This document shows positions 25,074 to 39,745 of a stretch of 64,000 nt of DNA, piece by piece. Made by a program: the position numbers and the translations under genes. The stretch comes from Eledone cirrhosa (taxonomy: Eukaryota). The DNA is taken from NCBI GenBank assembly GCA_964016885.1, contig OZ024741.1:165168001-165232000 (forward strand). The letters are read 5' to 3'. The notes under the pieces were generated by a model, which made no database searches, was not told the DNA's origin, and worked only from the letters and a program-made list of their open reading frames with translations. Within the stretch, counting starts at the first letter, position 1. Every line of letters starts with the position of its first letter.

Positions 25074-25420
25074 AGAGCATTGGCCTTGCAATTGAAAGGT
25101 TGTGAGTTCAATTCTCAGACCGGGTGATGTGTTGTTTCCTTGAGCAAGAGACTTACTCAACTGTAGAAATGAGATGATAGGACTGGAGTCCCTATCATTC
25201 CACTGCAAAGTGGTCGTGGAGGTGCCACGGCAAAACAGCACCCAGCCCACACTGTAAAGTGGACGTGTAGGCGCCACAGAAAAAAAGCACCCAGCACTCA
25301 CTGTAAATGAGGTTGGTGTTAGGAAGGGCATCTAGCTATAGAAATCAAGCCAGAATCAGTTTCTGTCCCACCCTTGCAAGCAGGGAAAAGCGGACGTAAA
25401 ATGATGATGATGATGATGAT
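25074..25420 (+). mobile_element. SINE family B with RTE-type tail
   Basis: Homologous to 888-1222 and 36001-36396; ends cggacgtaaaa(tga)n. Confidence 0.88.
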
Positions 25421-25467
25421 ATATATATATATGTATTCTACAGTGGTTTTAGGGTTATCGTGTTTGA

Positions 25468-25550
25468 GCTCTGCTGATGGTGGACGGTTCCAACCGTGAC
25501 CATCCCCACTGAAAGTTTCGCAAAATAGTCTTTTTAAGACTATACAGAGC
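25468..25550 (+). ncRNA. Degenerate hammerhead motif in a TA-embedded element (about 25432-25797)
   Basis: Stem I gctctg/cagagc; CTGATGG; (c)AAAA in place of cGAAA; stem III tagtctt-ttt-aagacta; AUA site. Confidence 0.55.
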
Positions 25551-25794
25551 ATTTGTAGTTTTTCCAAATTGAAGGATGAGTATTTAAACTTTATTTTATT
25601 CTGAGTTAAGGCTCTATTGATTTTTCCCTGGATTTCACAAAATTCTATGGATAAATCTATGTCTTGATGTTTTTTTAATTGAGTTTGAATTATTTTCCCA
25701 CATCTTACGTTAACTATTTTTCCATTTTGACGTTATAGTCACATATATTATGGAATACTGTTGGCTTCACGCTCACAACAATTTCTATACTTTC

Positions 25795-25830
<36 letters not shown>

Positions 25831-26485
25831 AGATAAGAAGTATAATCCCAACAGCAAGTTTTGTCCTTTTTTTCAAGCTTTTCCATTATGCATTGAGTAC
25901 TATCCTGATTTGGGGGTTGCACCACAGACACTCCATGTGTGTGTGTGTGTGTTTGTGTGATATTTATAAATACATATATATGCATGCTGTAAGGTGGTAA
26001 TGTTGGGGCCATGATGAAATGCATACAGTACACTCTGTAAAGTGGTTGGCAACAGGAAGAGCAACCAGAATGTGACAGCCAATCTAATGAATGCTAGCAT
26101 AAAAAATGACTGTAAAATAATAACGATGGTGATGATATATACAAATATATAAGCAGAAAATACACACAGCAAAACAGATGCCTAAGATAAACAGTCAACT
26201 ACATCTGAACCTCATCAACCAACTTGTTGGCGGCATGCAATTTTTTACTCATTAAGTGGTATTGTACTTGTAATACCAGTTTGTGTATCAGATTAGAGAA
26301 TCACTCTGTTTGTAAGATGCATGTGAGACAATAAAACAAAGGATGGATAGGAAAATTTATGGGTGTCTTTCAACAAAAACAGATTATACATATACATATA
26401 TATATATATATAGTTTGCGATAACAGAAGTCTGATAAGTTTTTGATTCCAGAGTCGAGTTCAATCAATACATATCGGACCTTGTA

Positions 26486-26672
26486 TTTTATCATGGCACG
26501 AACACTACTACTTTACAGAGTGTACTAGGTGCATTTTATCATGGCACCAACACTACTAGTTTACAGAGTGTACTGGGTGAATTTTATCATGGCACCAACA
26601 TTACTACTTTAAAGAGTGTACTGGGTGCATTTTATCATGGCACCAGCACTACTACTTTATAGAGTGGACAGT
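26486..26672. repeat. 48-bp tandem repeat, about 4 copies
   Basis: ttttatcatggcaccaacactactactttacagagtgtactgggtgca. The unit resembles the reverse complement of the SINE/LINE tail unit. Confidence 0.85.
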
Positions 26673-27370
26673 TTGTGTTGGGAGTGATGAGAATAACAAA
26701 AAGGAGCTCTTCCACACTACACTTGCTTCAGTTCCAGCACCCCATCTCAAATAAAGCCACTTGCCAAATAAGTACAACTCCGAAACAATATAAAAATATT
26801 TTCTTAATATCAAACCAAATAGTTGAAATATTTTCAATAAAAGTTTTCCATGTAAAATTTTCCATCCATTTTCATCGATTTGTTTTCTTTTGTGTTATTT
26901 ATTTATTAATTTATTTATTTTTCTTTCTTTTTTCTTCTACTTTTTACTTTTATTCCCCTTTACAAAAGAAATTTGGCAAAGTTCAAGAAAAAAAAAACAT
27001 TCATAAGCCAGCTAAGAGTTTGGCAAAATGTTGACCTTATTCTGAAGTGGTGACAACAAGGATAATTGATAATTAAATAATATTCTGACCAAGTTGAACT
27101 ATTTTGAGAAAGCTGAATATTTGGTAGAGAGACAAACTAGCTGAGTGAATAGCTTATTGAACTATCCACTCTAAGTACATGGGTTCAAATCTGTTAAAGA
27201 CATTTATTGAACTACTATCTGTCCATGGAATACTGCTTCAAAAAGTCTTGTCTAACCTATGCCAACATGGAAAAGTGGACATAAGAATGATAATGGTAAT
27301 GATGATGATGACTAGTTGGGTTAACAAAACAAACAAAAGAGAACCTGGAGATGAAAAACTAAATATTATA

Positions 27371-27725
27371 CAGGTAAAATTCTGTTATAATGAATATCAT
27401 TATAAAAAATTTTTCAGTACAGGTAAAACTCTGTTATAAAGAATACCATTGGAATAAAGTTACGGCCCTTTACGGTCTTAATTCAAATCCCACTGAGGCT
27501 AACTTTGCCTTTCATACTTACGGGGTCGATAAAATAAAGTACCAGTAATGCACTGGGGTTGCGCCAAAACTAGAAACAATTATAACAAATTTTTCAGTAT
27601 AACAAAATATTTTTCAATCCCTGGTCAGACGCTCGATGTGTTAGGTCAATCTTATTATAAAGAATATTTCATTACAACAAATTTTTTTTGTACCCTGTGA
27701 ATTTCGTTATAACGGAATTTCACTG
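27371..27725. mobile_element. Tigger/pogo-like MITE with duplicated left end and a SINE A insert (about 27460-27582)
   Basis: ta|caggtaaaactctgttataa ... ttcgttataacggaatttcactg|ta. Confidence 0.6.
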
Positions 27726-30700
27726 TATAATGACATTTTTTTCAATTCCCGAGGTAATAACAAACAAATGCTCGACTTGTTTCGGTTAATCTCATTATAA
27801 AGAATTTTTCATTACAACAAATTTTTTTATACCCCATCACAGAATTTCACTATCATACATTTAGTCTGTCACATCATTGTTTTGGTTATTTCCAACACCA
27901 CCTTTGTAAGACAAATAAAGGAAAGCAAGGGAGTTGATTATTAGACTAGTAATGCTTAATGTAATTTCAGTATTTTGAGGATTTATTTGTTGATGTTGAA
28001 TAATAAGATTCAACTGAGTATGAAGAAGCAGGCCTATGGTATACATGCAAACAATATAACATGTAAGATCAGGCCTTGGTCTTATACACTAGATATCTTG
28101 AACCACCCTATCACCAGCACCAACTTACTATGATGTAATATACACAGGTATTTACAGCAGTTGCTGTAATATTTAAGACTTACTATCATCTGTATCTATC
28201 TCGTAGTTTAGAATAAAACAATTTTAAGTGTGTTTTATTTGATTTAGTGGAAATAAGTTAAACAAAAATTAGAATGAAAATAGACACAATAAAATAATTT
28301 GAAGAAAACAACATATTAATATGAAAGGAGAGGAGCAGGATTAACAAATGTAGTTGGAAATATAAAATTGTGGAATATGAATAGATTTAATCTAATCTCT
28401 CCACTTAAGTAGAACATTTGTAAAACAAGATCATGAAAATAATTAAAAGAAAAACAATTCTATAAGAATTGATTTAAAGTCTTGTTGTTCATTCTTCAAT
28501 ATTAATTGGCTAAGAGAGCAATTAATAGGATCTACATCTCCAATATTTTTGTTAATAGCAAGAATGTTTAAATATTAGCAACGTATAGCATTATATGGAT
28601 TTATAAGTTTAGTAGAAAGTGAATATTTCTATGGCATGAATACAGTAGTCAAGAGAAGGGGCACCATTACATTACTGGTACTTCCAATATTTCCTGGCAT
28701 AGAAGACACTCTTTTCCCCCACCAAAATAAGTCTTGAAAAGATTTACTCTGTCTTGGAGGCCAAAGGTTATGTTAGTCATCGGCCTTTTCTTCCACTCCC
28801 TTTCAAAATTTTATGACTGTGCTGGGACTTATGGTAATTTGCTCATCAAAGTGGCTATTTGCATAGTTGTTAGAGTGTTTGATATGTTTTAAAGTCATTG
28901 TTCCAGTTCCCTGTATTCTTGGTTCAAATTCTGCCATGGTCAACTTTGCTTTTTTGTCTTCTGGAGCCAATAAGTAGAGCAATCAGTCAAATATTGTGGG
29001 GTAAATTCTTCAATCTCTCTCCTCTCTCTTGGAATCAACTGTGTTGCACTATGAGACGAGCATGGGTGGATGGGTCACAACAGGCCAAATCAGTTTTTAT
29101 TCAGTCATTGCTCTAGTTGATAGGTTACTTTACAAAGTGCACTGGGTGCTTTTTATCTTAACACCAGTTCTAGAGTGGTTGCTTTATCCACTGCAAGGTT
29201 AAAGAACCCTAGTTATGTAGCCCCTATTCAAGATGGCCATAACTAAGAGGTTGGCCAGAAGAGGTGTGATGAACAAGTGTTGAAAGAAGAGAGAGTAAGA
29301 TTTTGAAAGTGAGAGGAGAAACAGTGTGCTAAGATATTGGGGTATTTAGATTGGCAGAAATGGCTACAAATTGGTTGTTGGTAGTAGCTGGGATGTTGGA
29401 GAGAAAATAGTATGAGCAGCAATAATATATGTGTAAACATTTTAACTTGTCATCCATTACATCATTCATAGTTTAAATAGATTAGAAAAATGGAGAAGGG
29501 ACAGCTTCAGAAACTTGTGTCTCTTCTAAGGTTTCCACAATCTACAGATTGCAATGTCTACTCATCATCACCATTTTATGTCCAATTTCCACACTGGCAT
29601 GGGTTGGACAGGTTATCAAGATCTAAGACAAGATGGGTCGGAATGACCTCATCTTGTTCATTACGTTCCATATTGGGCATGGCTTCCAAGGCTGAAATCC
29701 TTCCATATGCCACCAAATACCTTACGGTGTAAGTTTTTCTTGAAACCAGCACTACCACATTACAGAGTCACCTGGGCACAGATTATTGTTGTACTAACAC
29801 TAACACTTTACAGTGTGTACTCGATGTATTTTATTGCGGTACCAGTACTAGAGAGGTTATTACATAATCAACTAGACTAACGAATCCTCTCCAACCGTAT
29901 GCTGTCTCTGTTTGATAACCCAACAAATACTCTCACTTCCTCTTAAAAGGCATTGCTTTGCATCTTTAAAAAACAACCATACATTTTTTAAAACTCATTC
30001 TTACTTATCAAAACATTTAGAATACAAGACAAGTTTTATTTTTCTTCTTACATACACAGGAGGTTTGTCTTTTAACTATACAGGGTTAATGGATTACATA
30101 TAATTAAAAATTAAGACATTTTTTTCAGCAGATTTTTCTTTATGCTGTAAATATTTGTGTTGTTTTGTGAACAGAACCACACATTTATAGATTTAGAAAC
30201 TTGAAAGATGTCAGCTTCAGTTAGTTTGGCTTTTTTTTTACATACACAAGCTGTTATTGACATATTACACACATGTATACAACAAAATTAATCAGTGTTT
30301 GCTAATTAAAACTGTATGTTTCCAACATGCTCTAGGTTTATTAATGGATTCAACCACATCTATAGATGTAGATCTCATACAGAAATACCTCACCTTACTA
30401 CTATATAAGAAATACTTTTCTCTTGCTTTTAGTTTACTTCAAAACTGAGGTGCGTTTATGTCATATCACTGAGGACAAATTCAACAGATTTCACCAACGG
30501 TTTTTGTTTTTTTTTAGATTAAATCTGCCCTGTCTTGTTATTTGGATTCTTAATCTCAAAGTCAATATTCTGATCAAGGTGAATCATTTCTAGCAAGTTA
30601 CCTCTCTGTAATGTACTACCAACCACCAACCACCAACCTTACAATGCCTGATGGTTTCTACAAAATCCTATCATTGGATTACAAGCACCATTGAGGCTAG

Positions 30701-30797
30701 CTTCAGTATCAGGAAAAATCAATAGTTTTACATCAATTTTATGTGTATGCATGTGTATATATATATATATATGTGTGTGTGTATGTGTATATATATA

Positions 30798-30860
<63 letters not shown>

Positions 30861-31811
30861 TGCTACTGTAGTTTAAACAGATTTTCATTGTAATCTCTTA
30901 TTCATGTTGGTTTTCTATTTTTGTTTTTATTTTTATCCTTTTTTATGCCAGATCTTGTGAAGAATAAATCTTCTATCTTTCTCAAAGTACGTCAACTACC
31001 ACCAATATAGGACCAAATTCTCTCACCCATCCCTCTCTCTAGCCAATGATGGAGCCACTAAAAACAGTAGGAAATCTCAAATCATACCCAGTTATCTTTA
31101 AAAAAAAAAAGTATATTGGATAATTGATTCTAGATGCCTTATAACTGATATATGATGGAATAGTCACAGCTGATTCATTCAGTGCTAACCTGGGGCTAAA
31201 CAAAAACTCTCTTCTCATCTCTCATTTCTTCCCATTTTATCTGCCACAATTGATTCTTCTTCCTCTGTATCTCTCTCTGTATCAGAAATATAGTCTTATT
31301 AACAACTGTGTGGTTAAGGAATTTGTTCTAGAACCATGTGATTTATAGGTTCAGTCCTACTGTGCAGCACCTTGGGTTGACCAATGTCTTGTGAGTGTAA
31401 TTTGGTAGGTTGAAACTGCAGAAGCACATTGTATATATCTGTGTTTATCTGCATGTATATTTATGTTAGTGTTTGAGTCTGTGTTTATGTCCCACAACTT
31501 AGCAGTTCATCAAGCAACTGATCAATAAAATAAGAACTAAATTTGAAAAAAATAATTACTGCAGTCATTGTGGTTATCTAAATCAAGGTTTGCCTCAACA
31601 TCGCCATAATCTAATGAATGAAATAAGTAAAAAAAAAAATTAATAAATATGAAGTTAATGAAGTTTTAGTTATTCTTCCCAAACCTTTTCTCTGCCATAT
31701 CTTCATCCACAGTAGAAACATAGCTAAAATTCTGGTGTCAAAATAAAATCGAATAAATGCACCTTTCATGAGTTATAGTGCACCTGAGCACTGTACACAA
31801 TAATTTTCATT

Positions 31812-31970
31812 TGGCATGCTTTCCAGCATAGTTACGTCCCTTTACGATCTGAGTTCAAATCCCGCTGAGGTTGACTTTGCCTTTCATCATTACGGGGTCG
31901 ATAAAATAAAGTACCAGTAATGCACTGGGTAATTGCTGGCCTTGTGCCTAAAGTAGAAACAATTATTATT
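31812..31970 (+). mobile_element. SINE family A
   Basis: B box gagttcaaatcc, family A body and gtagaaacaattatt tail. Confidence 0.85.
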
Positions 31971-32895
31971 TATAGCATTTGGACTTTTTCGTTTGCTTTT
32001 CTTAGTCCCCACTTATTCCCGAGATGGGTTGTCGGGGCAGAGTCAGCAGTCATGCCTTTCAGGGGGTTCTATCAGAAACAACGATCACTAGATGATGTGG
32101 CTGGATCCCCAGGCATGACCAAGATATGTTATGGATGTTATCTAGCTATCTTGCTCAGGGTTTATCTCTGAGTCTCCTGCCAGTTAGTTTTGTCCATACA
32201 ATCTTGTTACACTTCCCTGGTAAATTCAAAATTAGGTGTCAGGGAAAGAGATGTAGAGATATTGTTGAATCCAAGCTGTCTGATGAACAGATAAATGAAC
32301 TGAAATCATAACTTAGTGTAAATATTTTAGAGCTGCACTTATTTAGTATGTGACTTGATCTGAAACTGTGAATACTCAAACACTTATATTTGCTTTTCAT
32401 TTATTCTAGATACTTGTATATAAATAACACGTTTTCCTGCAAAAATCTGTGAGAGACTAACATGCAACTTATCTACTAAGACCTACAAAGTCTCAATTCA
32501 AAATGTATAGTACATTGTAAATGTTATATATAAAACTGACATTAAGTAATCAAGTCTTTACTCTAATATTACAAATTGTCACAAGGATCTGTCCACTAGT
32601 AAAAATACTATAAACATTTGAATTGAAAAACTAATTTTCAGATATTTTCTGCTAAATCTTTACAGGATGTTAAGAGTTAAATAAAAAGAGACTTGGATAA
32701 CTTCAACTGTTTTTGTGAAATACTGTATACTTGAGTAATAGTCGGTTTCACATAAAAGTTGATCCCCTATCTTTGGCAAAAAAATCTGGAATTTTCCATA
32801 GACCTCTTACAAAAGTAGACCCTAGTATTTTACAGATAACACTGTTACAAAATCGTCATAAATTTATGGCAAATTTATATTATTCCAAATACAAA

Positions 32896-33305
32896 TATAT
32901 GCGACGACTAGAGAGAAATGAAGCAAGTATGCTCCAATGGATGTGCAATGTCAGTGTGTGCAAACGACCAAGCATAGACGAGTTGAGAGTGAAACTGTGT
33001 ATAAGAGGGATAAACTGTAGTGTGTGGGAGAGAAGACTCTGTTGGTATGGACATTTGATGTACATGGAGGATGACCATTGGATAAAGAAGTGCCAAGAAA
33101 TCCCAGTGGAAGGAATACGCAGTAGAGGAAGACCATGAAAAACATGGGCGGATGTGGTGAGAGCTGACCTCAGATCACTGAAGCTCTCAGAGGAAATGAC
33201 GAAGGACCATGACGAATGGAGAGATGTTGTACTGAAAAGGACCTGTGCCACCCTTGCAAACAAAGAAAAGTGAACGTAAAATGATAATGATGATGATGAT
33301 GATGA
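32896..33305 (+). mobile_element. RTE LINE family 2, 3' fragment
   Basis: MRRLERNEASMLQWMCNVSV..ERRLCWYGHLMYMEDDHWIKKC..RGRP* followed by a (TGA)n tail. Confidence 0.9.
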
Positions 33306-33527
33306 CATGACTAAAACTAAAATTTTACCTGAACATGTGCCTACCTGAACATGCCCTATAGTTGGAATGTTTGGCGCTTATAGTAAAACACTATACAATA
33401 GTGAGCACTACACATCTGTTTATAGGTGTAACAGCACCATTACTAAAATGTGATTGGGGGGTTGTGATGCAAAACTTACTGAGCAGATATCAGCCATGTG
33501 TATAGTATTACAGTGGGTAGTGGCATA

Positions 33528-33855
33528 TGTGGGCACTTCGTTGATTACGATGACGAGTGTTCCAATTGATACGATCAACAGAACAGCCTGCTTGTGAAAT
33601 TAATGTGCAAGTGGCTGAGCATTCCACTGGTACACGTACCATTAATGTAGTCCTCAGGGAGATTCAGCATGACACAGAATGTAACAAGACTGGTCCTTAG
33701 AATTACAGGCACAATTCCCTTTTGCCAGCTGAGTGGACTGGAGCAACGTGAAATAAAGTGTCTTGCTCAAGGACACAACGCACTGCCAGGAATCAAACTC
33801 ACAAACTTATGATTGTGAGCTGAATACCCTAACCTCAAAGCCACGCGCCTTCACA
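33528..33855 (-). mobile_element. SINE with family B head and alternative tail
   Basis: 12-bp TSD ggtagtggcata at 33516-33527 and 33856-33867. Homologous to 40604-40922. Confidence 0.88.
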
Positions 33856-34689
33856 GGTAGTGGCATACAGATAGATATATTACCCATAGTAATATACAGT
33901 AATTATGAGATATAAATTGATTGCACTAAGCTAGTCATTTAGGTTTGATGAATACGAGTAAAAGAGCAAGTGTAAATATTTATAATTGCAATGTGGCCTG
34001 GTTTATGGATTTTGTTATTGGCTAGGACATGTGTTTTGAGGCATAGAATCAAGAATATTACTGTAATTCATTGTGTTTTTGTTTTTATTTGTTTGGAGAT
34101 CAATTGGGCTTCTGTTATTGAATTTCAAGCCCCTCAAAAGTAATATCCATGTAATAGTCGACACCTTAAACCTTAAAAAATGATCTAAAAAATTTGACTT
34201 TTACAGTATATTGCAGAGTTACCTTTTCTTTAGTAATTTCACATTATGTTTGTAGAACAACTTAGATGACATGAAATGGCATAGGATGGGTTTGTTTCAG
34301 CTATTATTTATACAGCTGGATGATATTTCTATCAAGTACAATGTATTTTTCAAATAGGTAAACTAGGGCAAACAATGCAAGACTCCTGTAATAAATATTT
34401 GAACACACAAGTACAGTGTATTCTTAGCAATACTGCCAGGTCACCAAATACAGGTTATAACAATGGCTCATCTCCCCCATTTTACCTAATATTTTCCATT
34501 ACTACTACAGCTTTCTCAGACAATAAATAGGTCTTGAGGTGAGGTAGGATAGAGGATAAAAATGATTGTTGCTGATGTTTTGGGGGTTGTTTTTGTTATT
34601 TGGCTTTAATGCTTTTGGTAAAAAAAACACCCACATTTTTCACCCCCCTGTTTCTAAGATACATAGCTATTTGTTTAAAGTATTCCTAT

Positions 34690-35104
34690 TTTTTTAAAAA
34701 CCTCCCATCATAATTCTATGAAAGAATCTTTGTTAAGTTGACTCTAAACACTAGCTTAATCATAACAAAATTTGTTTGTTTATTAAACCTTTCCAAATGC
34801 TTGATTATTTTCAAAATAATCTGAAAATTTCAGGCAGTGTATTTCATTAGAACTATAGTAATGAAAGGGTTACTCTTTTGATACAACACCATCTGAAACC
34901 ACCACTGGTTCTACAATACAAAGAGTTTATATTTATTTAAAAACCTTCCATCTTAATTTCAAGTAAGAAGCTTTGTTGAGTTATATTCTAAACACCAATT
35001 TACTAATGATAAAAGTTATTTATATTACTAAATCTCTCCAAATGTTTGATTATTTGAAAATCATACAAGGATTTTCATTAGAAATATGGCAATGAATGGG
35101 TTAA
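34690..35104. mobile_element. Two adjacent decayed copies of a TTAA-type MITE (other copies at about 22460-22660, 55480-55682 and 59210-59372)
   Basis: Repeated aaaacct(t/c)ccatc..ctttgttaagtt..aaacaccagctt..ttcattagaaatatggtaatgaaagggttaa blocks. Confidence 0.6.
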
Positions 35105-36000
35105 TGGCTAAATATGAAGAAGAAATTGCAAGTGTGTGGTGTCAAACACCTAAATTGACCTAGATAATCAGTAACCCAGTAGTTTTAACCTTGCAGTCTT
35201 TATTATGTCTGGTCTTTCTAATGTTATAAACAACACACATAGGGAATCAATAATGGCCAATCTTTAGTAACAGGGTCACTTCCTGCACCTTAATATATAG
35301 AAATCAAAAATCAATAAGACCCTCTCAGCTCAACAATCTAGTTTAATTGATTCTATATAATAAAACTATACGCTGGTTTACGCAGCATTTCCATTATTCA
35401 TGGTCCATGGTTCAGGACAGGAAGTTCCTGACTATCATAGATGAGATCTCATCTCTTCTAAACTACTGCATTATACAACTATACTCAGCTTATAGCTAAC
35501 ATTTCACTAACAGGAAATTAATTGATCTGCTTCAAAATCAATGATACATTGCAAGTTGAACTTATAAATCACTATCTAACCAATACATATTATAAGTTAG
35601 TAATATATTTTCTAACGTATTAATACATCATCTAACTTAATAATACATCTGCTAAACTTAAATGTACATATTATAACTTACTAGTATATTAATAACATAT
35701 CAGTGCATCTTATAATTTATTAATACATACTTTAACATGCCAATACATTTTATAACATACCAGTGTACCTTATATATTAATACAGCTTATAAGTTTAATG
35801 ATACATCATCAAAACATATTAATACACCATCTGACTAAGTAATGTATCATATAACTTACTGATATGTCTTATAACTTACCAATACATCTTCTAAACATAC
35901 TAATACATACCATAACATACACATTTATCTTATAACATACTAATTCACCTAACTAACTAATACACCTTACAACTTAACAATACATCTTATAATTTACCAA

Positions 36001-36396
36001 TCATCATCATCATCATCATCATCATCATTTTACGTCCGCTTTTCCCTGCTTGCAAGGGTGGGACGGTAACTGATTCTGGCTTGATTTCTACAGCTGGATG
36101 CCCTTCCTAACACCAACCTCATTTACAGTGAGTGCTGGGTGCTTTTTTTACCGTGGCGCCTACACGTCCACTTTACAGTGTGGGCTGGGTGCTTTTTTGC
36201 CGTGGCACCTCCACGACCACTTTGCAGTGGAATGATAGGGACCCCAGTCCTATCATCTCATTACAGCTGAGTAAACTGGAGCAATGTGAAATAAAGTGTC
36301 TTGCTCAAGGAAACAACACATCACCTGGTCTGAGAATTGAACTCACAACCTTTCGATTGCAAGGCCAATGCTGTAACCACTAAGCCATGTGCCTCC
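36001..36396 (-). mobile_element. Full-length SINE family B with RTE-type tail
   Basis: Head ggaggcacatggcttagtgg, B box, and (tga)n tail on the minus strand. Confidence 0.9.
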
Positions 36397-36469
36397 ACCA
36401 ATGTGTATCATAATATACCAATACATCTTCTAAACATACTAATAAACCATATAACTTGCTAAAATATCT

Positions 36470-37581
36470 ATGATACTAACACAACTTACTTCTACATCTT
36501 ACAACATACTAACTAATAACTTACACATTTTATAACTTACTAACACATAACATATACATACTACAACATACTAACACACAACTTACTAATACGTCTTACA
36601 ACATACTAACTAATAACTTACTTATACATCTTACAACTTACTAACACATAACTTATTTATATATCTTACAACATACTAACACATAACTTATTTATATATC
36701 TTACAACTTACTAACACATAACTTACTTATACATCTTATAACTTACTAACACATAACTTATTTATATATCTTACAACATACTAACACATAACTTACTTAT
36801 ATATCTTACAACTTACTAACACATAACTTACTTATACATCTTATAACTTACTAACACATAACTTACTTCTACATCTTACAACTTACTAACACATAACTTA
36901 CTTATACATCTTACAACTTACTAACACATAACTTACTTCTACATCTTACAACTTACTAACACATAACTTATTTATACATCTTACAACTTACTAACACATA
37001 ACTTATTTATACATCTTACAACATACTAACTAATAACTTACACATTTTATAACTTACTAACACACAACATATACATACTACAACATACTAACACACAACT
37101 TACTAATACATCTTACAACATACTAACACATAACTTATTTATATATCTTACAACTTACTAACACATAACTTACTTATACATCTTACAACTTACTAACTCA
37201 TAACTTACTTCTACATCTTACAACTTACTAACACATAACTTATTTATACATCTTACAACTTACTAACACATAACTTACTTATACATCTTACAACATACTA
37301 ACTCATAACTTACTTCTACATCTTACAACTTACTAACACATAACTTACTTCTACATCTTACAACTTACTAACACATAACTTACTTCTACATCTTACAACT
37401 TACTAACACATAACTTACTTCTACATCTTACAACTTACTAACACATAACTTACTTCTACATCTTACAACTTACTAACACATAACTTACTTATACATCTTA
37501 CAACTTACTAACACATAACTTACTTCTACATCTTACAACTTACTAACTCATAACTTACTTCTACATCTTATAACTTACTAA
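36470..37581. repeat. 35-bp tandem array (tcttacaacttactaacacataacttacttctaca)
   Basis: Read directly; period 35 at 37321/37356. A degenerate related tract lies at 35570-36000. Confidence 0.95.
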
Positions 37582-38279
37582 AAATGTAGTTTGCAAGATG
37601 AGAGACTCCATGTTAACCTTAATTTAAGCTAGTGACAGCTACATAAACAACAAAGACAAATAGTGAAGAGAATGATTGAGAAATACTTGCAATATTTTTG
37701 ACAGTTTCTTAGATTATATCAAAATAATATGTTATTTTCCTCAACTTGATCATGGGATGTACATACATTCAAACAATAATAACAGGTAAGGTATACACAC
37801 ATGCATTGTTTATAGTCAAAATGTATCAACAGTCTCACACACACTTGGGTATATATATATTCCTCTTCCAGAGAGGAAGAATGAAGAAGTAAGATTTGCA
37901 AATACATCCAAAAGGACATGGCATAAGATTAAGCATATTCTACCCTCATATACTATATGTAAATCAATTCCAACCACGAGAGCTTGAAGAAACAAACATT
38001 ACAACAATGAAAATGGTTAACATGTCAAGCTGTGGAAGATATATATACATATAGATATATATACATATAGCAGCCAACTGACCAAAGTGAAGTAAGAACT
38101 GATGGACAGAGAAACTACTGTGGGTTTTAAGAAGACACCTCTTAATTTATTCTTGAAATAAAACATCAAATTAAAGAGCTAAGAAGTTGCATTTTTCAAT
38201 ATAGCACAGGTGATATTGCTTTGTCCAATTTATGTATGTAAGTGTGATTGCATGTATGTATGTATCATTCTATGAGAGA

Positions 38280-38406
38280 GTCCCAGGTTCAATCAGTTCC
38301 ACAGTAAGTAAGGTACTCAATACATTAGTAGAGCATATACAACAAAGCTTAATACAGAAAAGGCTTCTACAGGACTAGAACTGTTTCATTCGAAGGAAAT
38401 CCTCAA
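38280..38406 (-). mobile_element. PLE-like mini element beginning at a hammerhead core
   Basis: Minus strand: tTGAGGA t-ttc-cttc-gaa-t GAAA cag-ttctagtc-ctg TA gaag, then the tail shared with 23058-23159. Confidence 0.65.
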
Positions 38407-39745
38407 ATATATTTATACACACACGCGCGCACACACACACGGTGGCCATGATAAAATGCACCCAGTACACACTGTGAAGTGACAATAATAATAATAATAA
38501 TAATAAATGTCAAATACCTTTTTGAGTCGAGGAAAATGAATACACAGGAGAAATTTTTCAAGCATTTTATCCAATTCAGGAAAAAATATTTCTCAATCAA
38601 GTCCCAACAGAATGTTATGTGCTTTTGTGTGAATAGAAAAAAACCAATGGGGTAGACAGAGAAGCATGTGTAGAAATGTGTAACACAGCTCACTGGTTGT
38701 GTACGTTCTTATGGTTCCATTTAGTTCAAATTTCTCACAGAGAGAGAGAGCAGGTTTCTAGCTCAGAAACCAAGTTCTTTCATTGAAAATTACACAACTA
38801 GGTAATTATGTGTACCTGCCTGCATGTATGTATGTTTGCAGGTATGGATGCCATTACATGAGTGGATCTGTATGTTGTGAATTATATATGTGCATACACA
38901 CATTTGAGCAAGTGTATATGGAGTTGTGTGTTTATCTGCATGCATGTGTATGTGCAGGTATGGATGGATGTCATTGCATGTGTGGATCTGTATGCTTTGA
39001 ATTATATGTGTGCACATATGCATGTTTCTATGTCAGCATATGTGTATATGTGTGTGCATGTGTGTGTAAGGGGGAGGGAGAGAGTGTGTAACAACCGCTT
39101 TAGAAAAAAAATGTTTCAAGTTTAGAGAGTAATTTCTTGAGAGAAAATGTGACAAACTGTCAGTCAGTCTTTAGGAATCCTTGTTTCCAATTCCAAAACA
39201 ACAAACTTCCAATGGAACAACACACCTATTCAGATTCCTTACACATTTCCTCAATGATCTTTCAATCAACAGATGGCTTTCAGAAGACGTTTTACTATCA
39301 AAATGTTTTAAAGGAAATTCCTTTCACCATTTTTTTTTCCACTATGTAACCCCACCTGGGAAGGGGTACTGTTACTATAATCACTTCTATTTAATATTCT
39401 ATTTATTATTATTACTGTTATTATTATTATTGTTATTATTTATTTTCTCATTAATAATAAATAAATAAATGTTAATCATCTCGTCACCATTATTATAGTA
39501 AAGAAATTGCTATGTGTATTAAAAGAATCATCATCATCGTCATTTGTGAGTCAAGTATTTTTATTTATTTATTTTCTTGTAATCATTGTGTTGTTGTTGC
39601 TGTTGTTGTAATTGCAACTCCTTTAACCTTTTTATTAATTTTTTTTTCACTATTTCAACTCCTCCATGGAAGGGGATATTGCTATTATAATCATCCCTAT
39701 TTCATGTTCACCTTTATTTTTATTGTTATTATTATTATTATTATA

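Noticed and set aside
36320-36396. tRNA genes at SINE heads (also 1150-1222, 41622-41690)
   Set aside because: A and B boxes are present but continue into SINE bodies and tails with no acceptor stem.
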